Shown: positions 13,939-27,238, counted from the first letter of the whole stretch. The stretch: DNA of 55,401 bases, filler included, from Basidiobolus ranarum (GCA_040143965.1; 4 parts of 4 records of this genome joined end to end with filler, not necessarily neighbours in it); one strand, 5' to 3'. Notes: generated from the letters alone by a model not told the origin. Made by a program: numbers and translations.

Positions 13939-15161
13939 ATTGCGACCTTTCCAAGCAGTCATCAATTACAACATTACCTGGGGTATTCAAACCCTCGAAT
14001 TCACCTTTTTCGGTGAGTCAATCTCCTTTCATATATCCACTATTAGTACCTCGCTCTCTAGGATAGACCTAGCTCTTGTCTAGTCTCTTATGTTATCTAT
14101 ATAATAACGATTTTAGATGCGAAATAATACGCAGGCTCCATGCATTGATACGAAGAGTTGCATCGGCAACATGAGAACCAACTCATTTGTGGGGACTGAA
14201 GGTAAATCATATTTGCTTATACTTGATCCTCATGCAATAAGCTAAAGTCGCGTGTTATAGAATACATCGCTCCTGAAGGTAGTGATTCCTTGATATCTAA
14301 AGCAGCTAGTTCATATTAAGCTATTGCTATTCATCGACAATCCATTGAAATTCATTGTATCCTCAACTTTTGCAGTCATTCAAGGAAATGGACATACTAG
14401 TGCGGTGGATTGGTGGACACTTGGTATTTTGTTGTATGAAATGTTGGTAAGTTATTTTCGCAGCCTCCAAGAGTGCAATTAAGATAGATGCTAAAATAGC
14501 ATGTCACAGTTTGGGACGACTCCGTTTAAAGGCTCCAACCGTAATGTTACTTTTTCAAACATCCTAAAAAGAGAAATTCAATTTCCGACTAGTCCGCACT
14601 GTCAACAAGTTGGTTACTTTTTCTTTTGTTAAACAAGTGACACACAATTTCTCATAATTTCCTTAATTTTAGATATCAAGGTTTGTCTACTGTCAAATTT
14701 GTTGATTTGCTTAGAGTTCACTTTTAAACTGACGCACAAACGTACCTTGTGCCATCGCCATTCTCAGAGACTGTAAAAGCCTCATTCGAAAACTCCTGCA
14801 CAAAGATGAAAATCGCCGTTTAGGAAGCAAAGCCGGGGCGTCAGATGTAAAGGCGCATCCATACTTCAAGAACATCAATTGGGCATTATTGAGACATACT
14901 ACCCCACCCATTGTCCCTAGAGTCAATGGGAATCTGGACACTGGAAATTTTAGAAAAATATTAGACAGCACTTCACTAGACATGGAAAACGACGAGTTAG
15001 TTTTAGATGACAATGGAAACAATCCGTTTATTAACTTCAACTCAAGTTAGTATATTCACAACGATTACTTGTATAAACTAAGAATGTTAATGATTTGTTC
15101 AAAAAATGATATAGTAACTTTGGTGCATGCTGGGGATGATGATGAAAGCGACTCTTGTTGA
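13939..15161 (+). CDS. AGC Ser/Thr kinase of the NRC-2/Fpk1/Kin82 family, C-terminal half (5' part lost in the gap); missed by the ORF track because of many small exons
   Basis: Spliced exons give (D)CDLSKQS...[71 protein letters not shown]...[42 protein letters not shown]. Stop TGA 15159-15161. Confidence 0.93.
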
Positions 15162-17943
15162 GCTTGAATTGAAAGACTCTCTACACCTGCTATGACTATA
15201 CTTTTCCTTCTTGTAGACGTTGTTTTCATCAGACTATCACTCACCATCACTTAATAACGAAGTTTTGATAAGAAACCATATTTTTACCTTACAACAGTAA
15301 CTCAGAACAGAACTTCCAAACCAAGGGATCGTAACTTGGACCTCCTTAGTCTGAAAAGCTGTAGGGCCTAACTCCTAGCTATTTCTCACTCTCCCTCTCC
15401 ATCCCGGCATTCATTTATCCCTACAAGTTCATGCGCAGTTATATTCCAACACTATCGAATTATGTCCTAACTCCATTCTCAGCTATTCCCTATTACTCTA
15501 CAATGTAGAACTCTTTCAATAAATGCAGTTACATTGCACGATTCATACTGATACGCCAGAATGATGAAACAAAGGTACAATCTTAAGTAACCAATTTGTC
15601 ATGGAATTAAGATCATGAATTTTGCTGAATGTCAATGTGTCGATACGGTTATTTCCAACAATTCACATTATGATTTATGCTACCATCACACTCATCACCT
15701 TCCCCTTCACCTTCAATATGGACGAGCTATAAAACAACTCATCACTCAAGACTGCTGTATAAACTGCACGACCGATCCGAAGACGATAACCAGGAACTCT
15801 TTCCTATCCCCACTTAGTACCGATGAAGTAGTTGCCTGCAGTTGTCGAGGAAGAACGAAAAAGAGAAGCAGCGATCTTTAGCACAATCGCGCCTGATGAG
15901 GAATCACTTGTTGTCATGTGAGTGGATACTTGCCAGATACTTCCATTACCCAATATATGGGTGAAGGGTGGTGGCTTATGTTTAGGGATCAATGTTCATT
16001 TAGTGCATTTGAAATAAAGTATGATTTGTGCACTTGATTCATATTAGCGTAACCATATCCATACAGATGATTGGCCCCACACAACACCATCTAAATGACA
16101 TATTCCTTGGTTTCAGATGAGTTCGACAATCAAACTGGGCCAACTCCAACATAGTATGAACCAAGGGTATACGGCTGCTTGGAGTGCTTGACAACAGGCA
16201 TGTCTGAACAGCGATCGAGCTTCTCTAAAGTGATTATGGAGGGACGAGAATGGACCAAGAGTGTATTCGCGGTGCGTAGAGTGCTATGGTAATACATAAT
16301 GCAACGGGAGAGTTAGCACCTTTCCAGTTTGTGAAACAATTTCAACCATTGATGGTGTCATGCATCTAGGGTATGTTTCTAAGAACCCTTTCAAAAGAAA
16401 TGTGGCTTTTCATGATACTTGTTTATATCGGACATGTTATTAGTAGCAGTGATCCAGAACCCTATTACTATCTGTCTAACTAAACCATGTTGATGGACAA
16501 TAGCTCCAAAATCAGCCACAACCAATCACCGCCATCAGGATAAATAGCCAGCACTGGGCGAGTAGTGAATGCGGGTATTTATAGCATAACTCCATAATAA
16601 TCCGATGATAATAATGAGTTAGATTTGATACATGGTGAGCTATGATGCAACATCATGAGTGGACATTGGTTCTGCCATAGTTAGGAATGAATGGCCGCGT
16701 TCTGTGTCATCAATCTGTCTCCATAAGTGTTACTCTATTTCCATATATGGATCAGCGTATCCGTATGCCTACTTGTGACCTGAGGTTTCTATCAAGTGAT
16801 GCAATTTTGGACTAAATAGAGCAAGTTAGAAATCCCACTGCCCAGAGAGACTGAATAGATTATTCTCGAATGTGGTAGACAATTGGTACTGACTAGTCAT
16901 CAGGCATCCGCAATGTATGCTCGTTGCGTTCAGGGACCTGTATACAAGCTCGGACCACACAAAAAGGCGCTCAATAGTGTTGGTCAAACTAAAATCCATA
17001 AAGATGCAATGAGAAGGCGCCATTGAAGTTCAATACGCCGAAGTGCACCAACGGAGATAGGATTGCTGAGTGCTCAAGTCGCAATGCCTAAACTTCGATT
17101 CACCATCCTCTCCATCATCCACAATGTACTGAAATTTCGCCACTGACAATGCAGAGTTACAACCACCCATTTTTATCCAGATATCGCCCAATATGTATCT
17201 GTCTCTTGGAATAACAGTTATCAAAATCAATTCTTAGTTTGGATCGTAGCTAATCAAATTGGTGGAATACTAATACCGTAATCATGTGGCATGCCAAGCT
17301 GTTGTATATATATGCAGAATGGGTGACTCTGATTGGATATAGCATGGGGGAATTACTAATTCTCAGGTGATTTCGGAATAGTTTTGAACAGCTCGGACCG
17401 TTGGCCATTCAATACTAGCAGATGCTTAGGTGGACGCGATTGGATTTATGTGCCATTATCCTATTTGTTGGTTTGAGAGCATCCTCAGGCACCAAGCATG
17501 CAGCTGAAGTACGGTGCCCGCCCATGCCATCAAGAAATATGCCAGCTACCTCTAAAATGACGAATGTACAGACACTGACTTTTGCAACAGATTTGGAATC
17601 TTCTGGATGCAAAATGTTTCCAGATAGTTCGGTACTGTCCGACACCACGAACTTGCTTCGGACTAGACAATTTATTACTTCGTTTCGAAAAAAAGCCAAT
17701 GATACCTGGTGATTATTTTAAATTCAATATACCATTTATAGAAGACGGTAGATCCCTTAAGATGTGGAATGAAGGGAACCACAAACCGGATGAGACTGTG
17801 AAATTTCGGGAGCTTTCACCGATATTTTATATAAATAGGACCACATCCTGGCCTTATGATTCACACTTTCTTATTACGATTACTTCAGTAACAGTTCTTT
17901 CAGTCCTAACTCACCAAACCTCTACTTTAAGTCACTCACAATC

Positions 17944-18198
17944 ATGCAATCTTCTACTTTTCCGTCTGAATCCCGTCAATCCAGTTCTTGTCGTCGACCT
18001 AGGAGGGTATCTTTCGATCTAAGCAAAAACTCCGTAACATACCTTCCCTCTAACAAAGTAATCAAGAACCACCTCAAAGCGCAAGAGCAAGGACTTGGTA
18101 GTCATTGTTCTTCCAAGTTCCTCATACTTGGTGAACACTGCATTCCATCAGCTGACTCTTGCCCTGCAAAACCAGCATTAAAAGTGGGCTCAAATTGA
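17944..18198 (+). CDS. Small hypothetical protein (84 aa) with RVxF-type motif
   Basis: ATG in ACAATCATG context after a pyrimidine-rich leader, TATATAAAT near 17829, and the sequence RRPRRVSFDLSKNSVTYLP. Confidence 0.4.
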   Translation: MQSSTFPSESRQSSSCRRPRRVSFDLSKNSVTYLPSNKVIKNHLKAQEQGLGSHCSSKFLILGEHCIPSADSCPAKPALKVGSN

Positions 18199-20173
18199 CT
18201 CTTTGAGCCCACTAATGAAACCTCTATCAGGAATCCAGCAGATTCGAGCAAACACCAGGCATCCCCGCCCGAAATAATAGATCCTGGTGACTTCGAGCGT
18301 AGTCGAAGAGTGCACCGAAGAATCAACGCTGGAGAAGACTAATTATTTGAGTCAAATACTATAATTCTCATTGTCAACGTAATCCTGTTTAAATCTAAAA
18401 TATCCTAGTTAGGGTAAATCCTTGAAGTAATCTCATGACTGATCATAGTTCTAGATTTCACTTAATTCACCAATAATAAGTGCATCAACAATTAAACCAT
18501 TTGTTCGAAATTAATAAATGCAACTGTGAATGCCATTGCTGAATAGAATTTTTCTCTTCGAAATCTTGTGGCTTACCAGGTGATCTCAGCCTGACCAACC
18601 ATCATGAAACTCCAATGGAAATGAGTTCACTTTGAATTCCATCCAAGTACTCAGGCAACCCGTTTCCTGAAACAAATAGGGGTCCCATAAATCCGAATGT
18701 AAACCAACGAACTCTTCATTTTGGCTCAGAGAATCTTCCACAATGGTTTTCTATGGTTAGTATGGTGATCTCACCCATAGTTAATGAGACTCCTATAATT
18801 GATGTATTACTTTGGTGAGTGTCTTGGTCGATTGTTTGGCTGCCATTAGGTTTCTCAACACTGATTGCTCATCGTCATGGATGGTATTGAATACTTTAGT
18901 TTACTTTGTAGCGCATATTAATGTTGAAGCCAGCCGATACCATAGGTGAAGGCGTGATTGTATATTCGGATGAAGCGTAAAGAGCCTCAGCAAGGATGTT
19001 GATATATAAGTTATATGAAATATTCATTCATATATGTGGCTGTATATGAATTTTGAGATATAATCAATGTACAATATGAACACTTTATTGATTGTTTAGC
19101 CGATGTATACGCCTCTAGAAGTATGTGAATGTTTTGGTATAATACAAATTGTATAGCAATTGCTTATTTATTGCATATTTCTAGTTGCGTGGTGAGAACT
19201 TTTACTCGGAATTTTACCTTAGAGCTACCACGATTTTGACCGATGGTTGAAATTGAAGACATCTTCTCAATGTCACCATGATATTTTCATTAAGCTACAT
19301 TTACCTAAAGTAAATACAAGTGGAAGTATATCTTGTTGTGAATACATGAGTCTATCTAAAAACTATCAAAGTTCATTTTACCTACCTAACCCTCTTCTGA
19401 CGATAGAAGCTAGTTAGCCGAAGATGATTGAGTTATTAAACCCGATTAATATGCCGGTATCCAATCAATTGAAGTATCGAAGTGTATATATACAATTCAT
19501 TCCCATTTTGGTAATAAATATACCCGAAATCCATATTTTTAGACGCTAAAATACCTATTTTAGATGACTTCAATACTGATGATTTTGGGTAAACGAATAA
19601 GAAGTTCCATCATTAACCAAAAATTACTCCAAGTGTATCATTTCTATTTAGAAGCTATGATAGGCACTTAACACTCTACTACTCAAAGAAGTTAGATTCT
19701 TCTACCTTTGAGAATATGTACTTAGTAAAGAAATACTGAAGTAGAATTATTGATTGAGACAGTTTGCAGTTTCATATACTTCTGCATTATTTGGGATATA
19801 TTAAATGGTGTACAGATATTAATATGCTCACGTTGGTCTAAACAATCGGAAGTCGGGCCTTCTAATGGAAGATTATTTTAGCTTTGAAAGTTCAAAATAA
19901 CAATATTGATGCATATATTTGGACTCCTCGCCACCGACACAGTGCAATGTTATTTCATTATAATTGGGTTTAAAAAAGACAAAGTCTCTAACGGATAGCA
20001 GGCTACTTAGAATATCACATAGATGAACAAGTGCAAACTCAATGATGTCGAGAATAATGTTGAAAAATCTACAAAAATTGCCATTCTATATGCTACTTTT
20101 GCAACACATAATCTTACCTACCTGCAGTTAATTTGGCATACTACTTGGATTATAGAGACCTTACAAAGCAACC

Positions 20174-20476
20174 TGTTGAAGTATTTTGGGAGTTTGCTGG
20201 AAGTGGTTTGGAGAACTAGAAGAGTTGGTGATTTTCGCGTAATGATCTAATGAGTGGAAAGTTGACATTTACAGTTTTGTCACAGGGTGAACAAAAAACA
20301 TGTAGAATGTGTTAAGGAAGATCCCAGGAAAGTTTGGGGCCTCTAGGACAAGTTCTCAAAATCTTCTAAGTAAATTCCTCTTGAGAATAGCGAGTGATAT
20401 CCTAGTGAAATATAGAATAACTAAATAATAAGCTATATATGACTATATAGATGTTTAGGCCATGTTAATTTCAGCA
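20174..20476 (-). mobile_element. Solo copia LTR with near-perfect 5-bp TSD
   Basis: Reverse-complement match to the 38852-39199 LTR, TG...CA ends, flanks CAACC (20169-20173) and TAACC (20477-20481). Confidence 0.88.
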
Positions 20477-20725
20477 TAACCTACTCAAAGTTTGCAATGT
20501 TATCTCCACAATATTTCTAAATTTGTTGACAATTTCCAGGTCAATTTCAAACTGAGCAACTTCGGGTTCATATTTGTGGAAGGAAATCTATGTTCACAAT
20601 TTGTCATAAATGAGCGAAGTTTCCCTTTGGGTCAGACAATCATTAGTACATCAAAATGCTACAGAAAGAACCAACCATTATATGAGATAGAGAACCATTA
20701 AATACACAAAACCAAGAGTAGTGTT

Positions 20726-21042
20726 TGTTGAAAACAACATAACTTTAATATAGTCATATAGTTAGCTACCTAAGTTTCTCTATGTTATTATTAAATAACT
20801 CGATGTTATATTGAATACAAGTTGATATTCACACTTTTGTAAAGAAGTAGACAAATCAATGTGTAGAATATGTTCAGGAAGGTCCCAGGAACATGCATAC
20901 AAATTTTGAGGTCTCTTAGACAAATTTGAGAAAATCATATATTCTTTAAACTTCCCAGTTGGTAAGAATATTGAGTGCAAATTCCTCATGAAGTAAAACC
21001 ACCAATTCTTTTAGTTCCCCTAACTCCCAAGATATTTCAATA
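20726..21042 (+). mobile_element. Degenerate solo LTR with an internally inverted middle segment
   Basis: Starts TGTTGAAA with TATAGTCATATA in + sense. About 20808-20990 matches the LTR middle in - sense, then AAAACCACCAATTC...TTTCAATA resumes in + sense. Flanks GTGTT/TTGTT. Confidence 0.65.
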
Positions 21043-21175
21043 TTGTTTACCTTACATTTTAGTTCCATCTAGTCTATAATCATAGCAAGGAAGTAGATAT
21101 TCAGACATATAATAGTATAAAATGTGCAGTATCAGATTAACCATATATCTATAAAAGCATATTCAATGGAATGGG

Positions 21176-21515
21176 TGTTAGAGTATTTATGGAGCCTATT
21201 GAAAGTGGTTTGGAGAATTAGAGAAATTGATGGTTTCACTTATTGATTTACTGAGTAAAAAGTCGATATTTATAGTTTTGTCAGGATGTAAGCAAAAAAA
21301 CGTGTATAATGTGTTAAGGAAGATCCCAGGAACATGTGTACAACGTTTGGGGCTTCTAGCACAAGTTATCAAAATTTATATATCTGAAAACTTCGAAGTT
21401 GGTATCAATATTCCAAGTAAATTCCTCTTGAGGTGATATCCTAGTTCAATATAGGATAACTAAATACTAAGCTATATATGACTATATAGATGTTTAGGCA
21501 ATGCTAATTTCAACA
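21176..21515 (-). mobile_element. Solo copia LTR (340 bp) with perfect 5-bp TSD ATGGG
   Basis: TGTTA...CAACA, full-length reverse-complement match to 38852-39199. ATGGG lies at 21171-21175 and 21516-21520. Confidence 0.95.
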
Positions 21516-23678
21516 ATGGGAGCTCAAATCTGACCGCAACTGCGTCGTTATGTCATACAGCAATTTACTTGCTTTCTTCATACTAGCAATAATATACACA
21601 CATTCCAGATTACTAACGGGAAAGTGTAGAAACGTCTAAACATTTGCGAGACGAGGTAAGGGGCTGTATTATATTATTTGATCGATAAGATTAGCAGTAG
21701 TCAGCCAAGAATATAATAAATTTGGAACTAGGAACACTAGACGACAGGCTTTATCACCAAGGTGAAAAAGTTTCTACTTGATGCAAATAGTGCCACCACA
21801 TTCCAACTTAACCCCAATCAAGGAATGAGATCCCACACAGGATTTGTGATCAGGGTTTCAATTTAAAACAATGACTAATTAGGATTGAGGGGATCTGATT
21901 GGAGTTCAGCAGCTTCTAATTTGGTCAGTCAGACCATTTTCGAGCTTGCGGAACGAACAACAGGTGAGAGTTTAACCAATCACAAGAAACAGAATCTTAT
22001 CTCCTTTCTTAAATATCTGCCTCGCTAAGGCATACCAAGCCACACCCTCCATTAATAGCATATTGCTTACCCTAGATAACTCTCGGAGCTTCAATTCCTT
22101 GTTTTTGGAAATCACGAATTTGAATCATTTGACCTGTAACGTGATGATTCAAGCCTCAATCAGTCCAGAGGGCTATATGAAACCTATTGTGCAGACACGG
22201 TAGCACCCTTCTCGAATAAGCAAGAGGCTTTCCGACTTCGCCAACTTAAGAGCAACTCCATAAAGGGTTTCGATATTGAATCAGAATAAATTCTAGATAC
22301 GCTGATTGTCAAGTTACAGATCTTGCAAGTGCAGTTCCAATAAAATTAGATTATATGAAACGGGGGTGGGACGAATGCTGTATTTTCGCCTACATCAGAA
22401 CATGACGTCTCGCGTCTTAAATCCAAATCACTCTGAAAGTCAGCTGCTGAACATGTGTCAATCTCACACTACGCCTCCAGGAAATCGTTCACTACTGTAA
22501 AAACACCAGTTTTCTCACTTTCTCGATATTCTTCCAGTCGGTGCCACCTGCAGAGTGGGGATGTAGAAGATACTTGTAGATTCATATAGTTTGCTCTCGT
22601 CGAAGTATTATCTGCAATGGGGAATTCCGATGGTTTTACGCGAATTGTACGTGAAGACTCCGAATTAGCTAACATACTAGTACCAATGGGGAGATAAATC
22701 TTCGATTTCCATTCATTATCGATCAAGTATGACTTTTCCCAAATTGTAGATCTCATCCTCGATTCCGTAGCAGTGGTGTCACCTTGGCTCAACCACTCCA
22801 GAAGACTAAACCAGCATCGCAGTTAGTTGCTGAAGGATGCTTTGCTGACCAGTAACTAGTTTCTACTTGATAGAGGACTTGGTAATTCAAAGCTGCGTAT
22901 GGCAACTCTACCTCTTTTTGTGACAGCCTTTGACCGATGAATGAGATTAGCTAGCAAATGTCCATTGTGATGCACTGACGTATTACAGCAATCTTATTGG
23001 TGGCTCATTGATAAGGATTCAGCCGATGCATTTGTTGTGAATTTATGGGAAGGGATCCTGACTACTATCTGGGCTTGAGCCTCCAAGGCAAACCTTAATT
23101 GACCAGAAATGGTGTTCTCCATTTCAACCATTTTTCTAAGGCCAGCTCTAAGGCAAGCTCGGCCGGGGCCAGTCGAAAGCTCTGTATCCCACTTCCAAAT
23201 GTATAGATTCTTGGCTTGCGCTATGTTGTCTTACCCTGTTGAGACTCCACAAACAGCTCAGAAATCACAACGCCTTCGATATAACTATTGATCTTAAATA
23301 TAACCCGAACTTCTTCAGTGCCACGAAGTGAGCGCTTCTTTTCAATAGAAGCTAGCTCCCTTGATCACTGATCAAGTGAAGATCAGGATCGTGGGAAGGG
23401 ATCGTTCTTGACCTGGTTGGGTGCTCCACCAATCCTAATCAGAAGCGGAAGAAGAGAAACCTGTATGTTGTCAGGGTGAAAAAAATTGTACTATTTATTT
23501 AGTCGTAGTCTTCCTGATGAAAAATTTCCGGAACAGTAATCTCTTTATCTACTACCCCATATTCTTATATCTAGCTCTGTGACGTTGGAAACCCAAGTTT
23601 TTCTCGTTTATAACATCGTTTCTCAAGTGGTGGCTAGGTATTACTATTTTTTTTGAAGACCCTCGTCTATTGGGAAAG

Positions 23679-25169
23679 ATGCCTCCTGCGACACCGAAAA
23701 TCCTTTCACTTTACGACTCTGGATTTGTTTTATTCCCTGATAATGATTCTTTAAACCTCAAAACTTCACCTCCACCTCTTTCGCCTAATAACATCACCAA
23801 TTTTTTTTCTTCTCTCTCGCGAAGAAGCTTCACCTCACGTGTTGACCCTATGTCATCTCTTCCCTCTACTATATCGAGTGAAGATAGTTTATTCTCCTTT
23901 CCCTCTTATTCTCAGCGAAACTTGCCACCTGGTTTTGACGTGGACATTCCTTCTCCTGAAATGAGCTTTGCGGATTTTCCTCATGAAGATACGACACATC
24001 ATTTTACTCGCATGCCCTTTGACCAGTCGTGTAATTACGATGCACATACCTCATCTGCCCGCCCCTTCCTTGACCCTACCTCTGTCTCAGATTCACCAGT
24101 ATCTGCTTTCGCTAGATGTGCCTCTAACCCTTCCGATATTCTCTCACACGATTCCAAGCCGTCTCTGGGTAATTTTACCCTTCGCTCTCTAGTCACTTCT
24201 AAAGATGCTGGTATTATCATTGGTAAATCTGGTCGCAACGTAGCGGCTCTTCGTGATTCAACTGGTGTTAAAGCTGGCGTCTCCAAAGTTGTTCAAGGTG
24301 TTCCCGATAGAGTTCTGTCAGTCACTGGAACACTCTTGGGAGTAGCGAAAGCGTATTCTATGACAGTTCAGGCACTTTTAGACAACTCACCAGATGTTCA
24401 AGAAACCACCATTATTGACCCTGCTTCCGCTGACGGTAAAACTGGTGCTATTAGATTATTGATTTCTCATAATCTAATGGGCACTGTTATCGGCAGACAA
24501 GGAGTTAAAATCAAACAAATTCAAGATTTGTCACACGCTCGTATGGTAGCCTCTAAAGAGCTTTTACCTCAAAGTACTGAACGAGTGATAGAAATTCAAG
24601 GATCCAGCGAAGCCATTCGTATTGCTATCTTGGAGATTGGCAAGTGTCTCATTGAGGATTGGGAGCGCGGGGCAGGGACTGTCTTCTATCACCCAGCAAA
24701 TGTTATTGGGCTTTGCAATCGAGAGCGTGAAAAACAGGACCGTGAGCGTGATTTCCCCAAAAGATCCATTGCTCGAGCAAGTGGTGTTAGTGATTTCAAC
24801 TATCCGGGCCCGTCTGTTGATGATTTCTATGACAACACCCCAACTTCCAGAGAACCTTTTACAAAAGCTATCACTTCTCGGGAGATATCCATTCCTGGGG
24901 ATTTGGTTGGCTGTATTATTGGCAAAGGAGGTAGTAAAATATCGGAAATCAGAAGAATGTCTAGTTCTCGTATCAGTATTGAGAAAGTTCCAAGGGGAGA
25001 CGTTGGTGAGAGGCGTTTTATCATTCGTGGCGCCAAAGAGGAGAACGATCGTGTTGTTGACTTGCTAATTGAAATGGTTGAGCAAGAGAGACAAAGACGT
25101 AAGCTTGAAGCTGAGCAATTAGCAATGGAGCATGGTGTTTGGAGACCTGTCAGTGTTGATCATTACTAA
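23679..25169 (+). CDS. Three-KH-domain RNA-binding protein (Rnc1/Pbp2/hnRNP K-like), intronless
   Basis: Three KH GxxG loops (IIIGKSGRNV, VIGRQGVKI, IIGKGGSKI) after a Ser/Pro-rich N-terminus. First ATG at 23679. Confidence 0.93.
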   Translation: MPPATPKILSLYDSGFVLFPDNDSLNLKTSPPPLSPNNITNFFSSLSRRSFTSRVDPMSSLPSTISSEDSLFSFPSYSQRNLPPGFDVDIPSPEMSFADFPHEDTTHHFTRMPFDQSCNYDAHTSSARPFLDPTSVSDSPVSAFARCASNPSDILSHDSKPSLGNFTLRSLVTSKDAGIIIGKSGRNVAALRDSTGVKAGVSKVVQGVPDRVLSVTGTLLGVAKAYSMTVQALLDNSPDVQETTIIDPASADGKTGAIRLLISHNLMGTVIGRQGVKIKQIQDLSHARMVASKELLPQSTERVIEIQGSSEAIRIAILEIGKCLIEDWERGAGTVFYHPANVIGLCNREREKQDRERDFPKRSIARASGVSDFNYPGPSVDDFYDNTPTSREPFTKAITSREISIPGDLVGCIIGKGGSKISEIRRMSSSRISIEKVPRGDVGERRFIIRGAKEENDRVVDLLIEMVEQERQRRKLEAEQLAMEHGVWRPVSVDHY

Positions 25170-27238
25170 AGTCTACTACACATTGTACTTCGATTCTTGC
25201 TTTTTACTCATTTCAGACACCTATTCTTTCGACAATGGATTGCTATACATAACCGATTTACCTGCATCTCTATGCCTATGTTAGTCTCACATTTTTCTTT
25301 ATATATCTTTCGATACAAATCGTTCACTTAATATCTTCATCCTTCACCCTATTTCCTGCACGGAAAACTCATGTTACTTATATCTACTACCCCTTTCTAC
25401 GTCCTAAACTTGCCGTTCCGTTACTTATGTCTTGCCACTTATGATTGTTGACCTTTTCTTCTGTTGAGATATTTATCTTGCATATGTTTCATTTGTCCAT
25501 CACTTTTGTTCTCTATAATTTATCAATTTCGCAATGTTCATTTTCTTTCTATATTCCTTTGCAACCTAGCCCATTCCAAGGTAAATCTTCTCCCGAAGAA
25601 GTTCTTGTTCAAACTTCCAACATTCATAATAATGAATGAGAGTTTGTTTTTTATATTCCCTATTGTCCTAGCCTCTCGTTCAACATCTCATCTGGTATAT
25701 TTGCTTACACATAACATCCCCATTCATTAAATCGTTGAAGTATTATATGGAGAACAAAGCATCTTGACTTATTTTCAAAAACAAATTGACATTCGAAAGG
25801 CATACGCTTTGTGTATCCTTTGAATTGAATTACCTACATTGATCCTGTAATGTAGTTCTATTCTAGGTAATTTGAAGGTGAATATTTGGTGTAGCCTAAT
25901 ATTGTTTAACACAAGTAAGCATTGATAAGTTCCATTAAGAAGTACACGTTAGGTAACTCAAAGTGGGACTTTTCGAGGTTTCTTGTGCTTCTGAATGTTG
26001 CCATTCGAAGTCAAATTGAAAGTAGATTGTCCAAAGTTCATCTCTCTGAGATTTCCAATTTTATTCTAGATTGGTGACTAACTATGACTTCAACCATAAC
26101 TTTAGAAGGGAATCTAGATACAAGAATTTAGGTTATTTCTCATGAATACAATCACTTCAAATATTACTATATTATTTATGAATGATGATGTATCATTTGT
26201 TATTGTCAGTGAAGTGGTTCTTATTCCTTTAAAACCTTTCTGAGACCGAGTCATCCTGCATATGGTATGTTGGGGAATCATGAAGGTGACATATACCAAA
26301 TGGACATTCATCTTGTACTTGTCTCCATTCGGTATAATCCTGTGGATTACTCTAATTCCAGGAAACCTGATTACCAGTGCCATTTTAGTAGCAGTATTGT
26401 GGTTTCTCCCAGTATTAGGATTAAGGCAAGTAATGGAAGTTGATTTATCGAATCAACGATGAGTCTACTGTCGCCTACTACCAGTGACATCAATGAGGGG
26501 AGGTCTGATGGATCATACATATATATGGAACTGAGCCCATATTGCAACGTGGTCAGTTCAGAAGCCTTTCCTTTAGATAAGATGACAATATCCATTTTGT
26601 CAGGTATATGAGGAAGTATAGGTCAGTGTGCAAACAGCTTCATCAAATTCTAATGAAATGCCAAGTCTGTCTTCAGACTCACCCTAGAGATTGGTTTCCT
26701 TTTGAAGGAGTTATATGGGATATGTGTGACCAGTCATAGATTACTAGAATTTGATTTCATGTCCCCTAAAATGTTTGAGAAGATCCATTTAAACTAGAAA
26801 ATCTTGAAAAAGTCCTTATCAACAGGTAATTAATTATGAAGGTGGTTTGTATCAAACACGACCTCCAATTAATCCTCTTGTAATATGGAATGGTGGTATT
26901 GTTGCATTGAACACGATGCTGTCTAGTCATTTGATGGCTCTTCTTCCCACACTGCCGTATCATCAGTAGGTGTACAGAGCAGCTACTAGATGACCCCACC
27001 GTATCCAACGGAAGAGAGTAGAGAGCCATATAGAGCTCAATAATCCTTGTTGATGAAATCATTGGGGGAGGGGAGAATGATATATTTGAGGGAGCAGCTG
27101 GTGACTTGAGGAGAGTGTAGTACTGTAATGATTAGCTTAGTGATTGCGTAAGTGACAGGAATCTTGTCACAATACGTGGACATATCACCAGTGACTAATT
27201 GGAGACGTGAATCTAATTCATCCGTGTAGAGAGTACAC

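Noticed and set aside
11007-15161. Apparent chitin synthase-kinase fusion or adjacency
   Set aside because: The two genes are on different contigs separated by a gap linker.
15600-17700. Several 60-95 aa ORFs downstream of the kinase
   Set aside because: No recognisable domain or coherent gene model; a decayed gene cannot be excluded.
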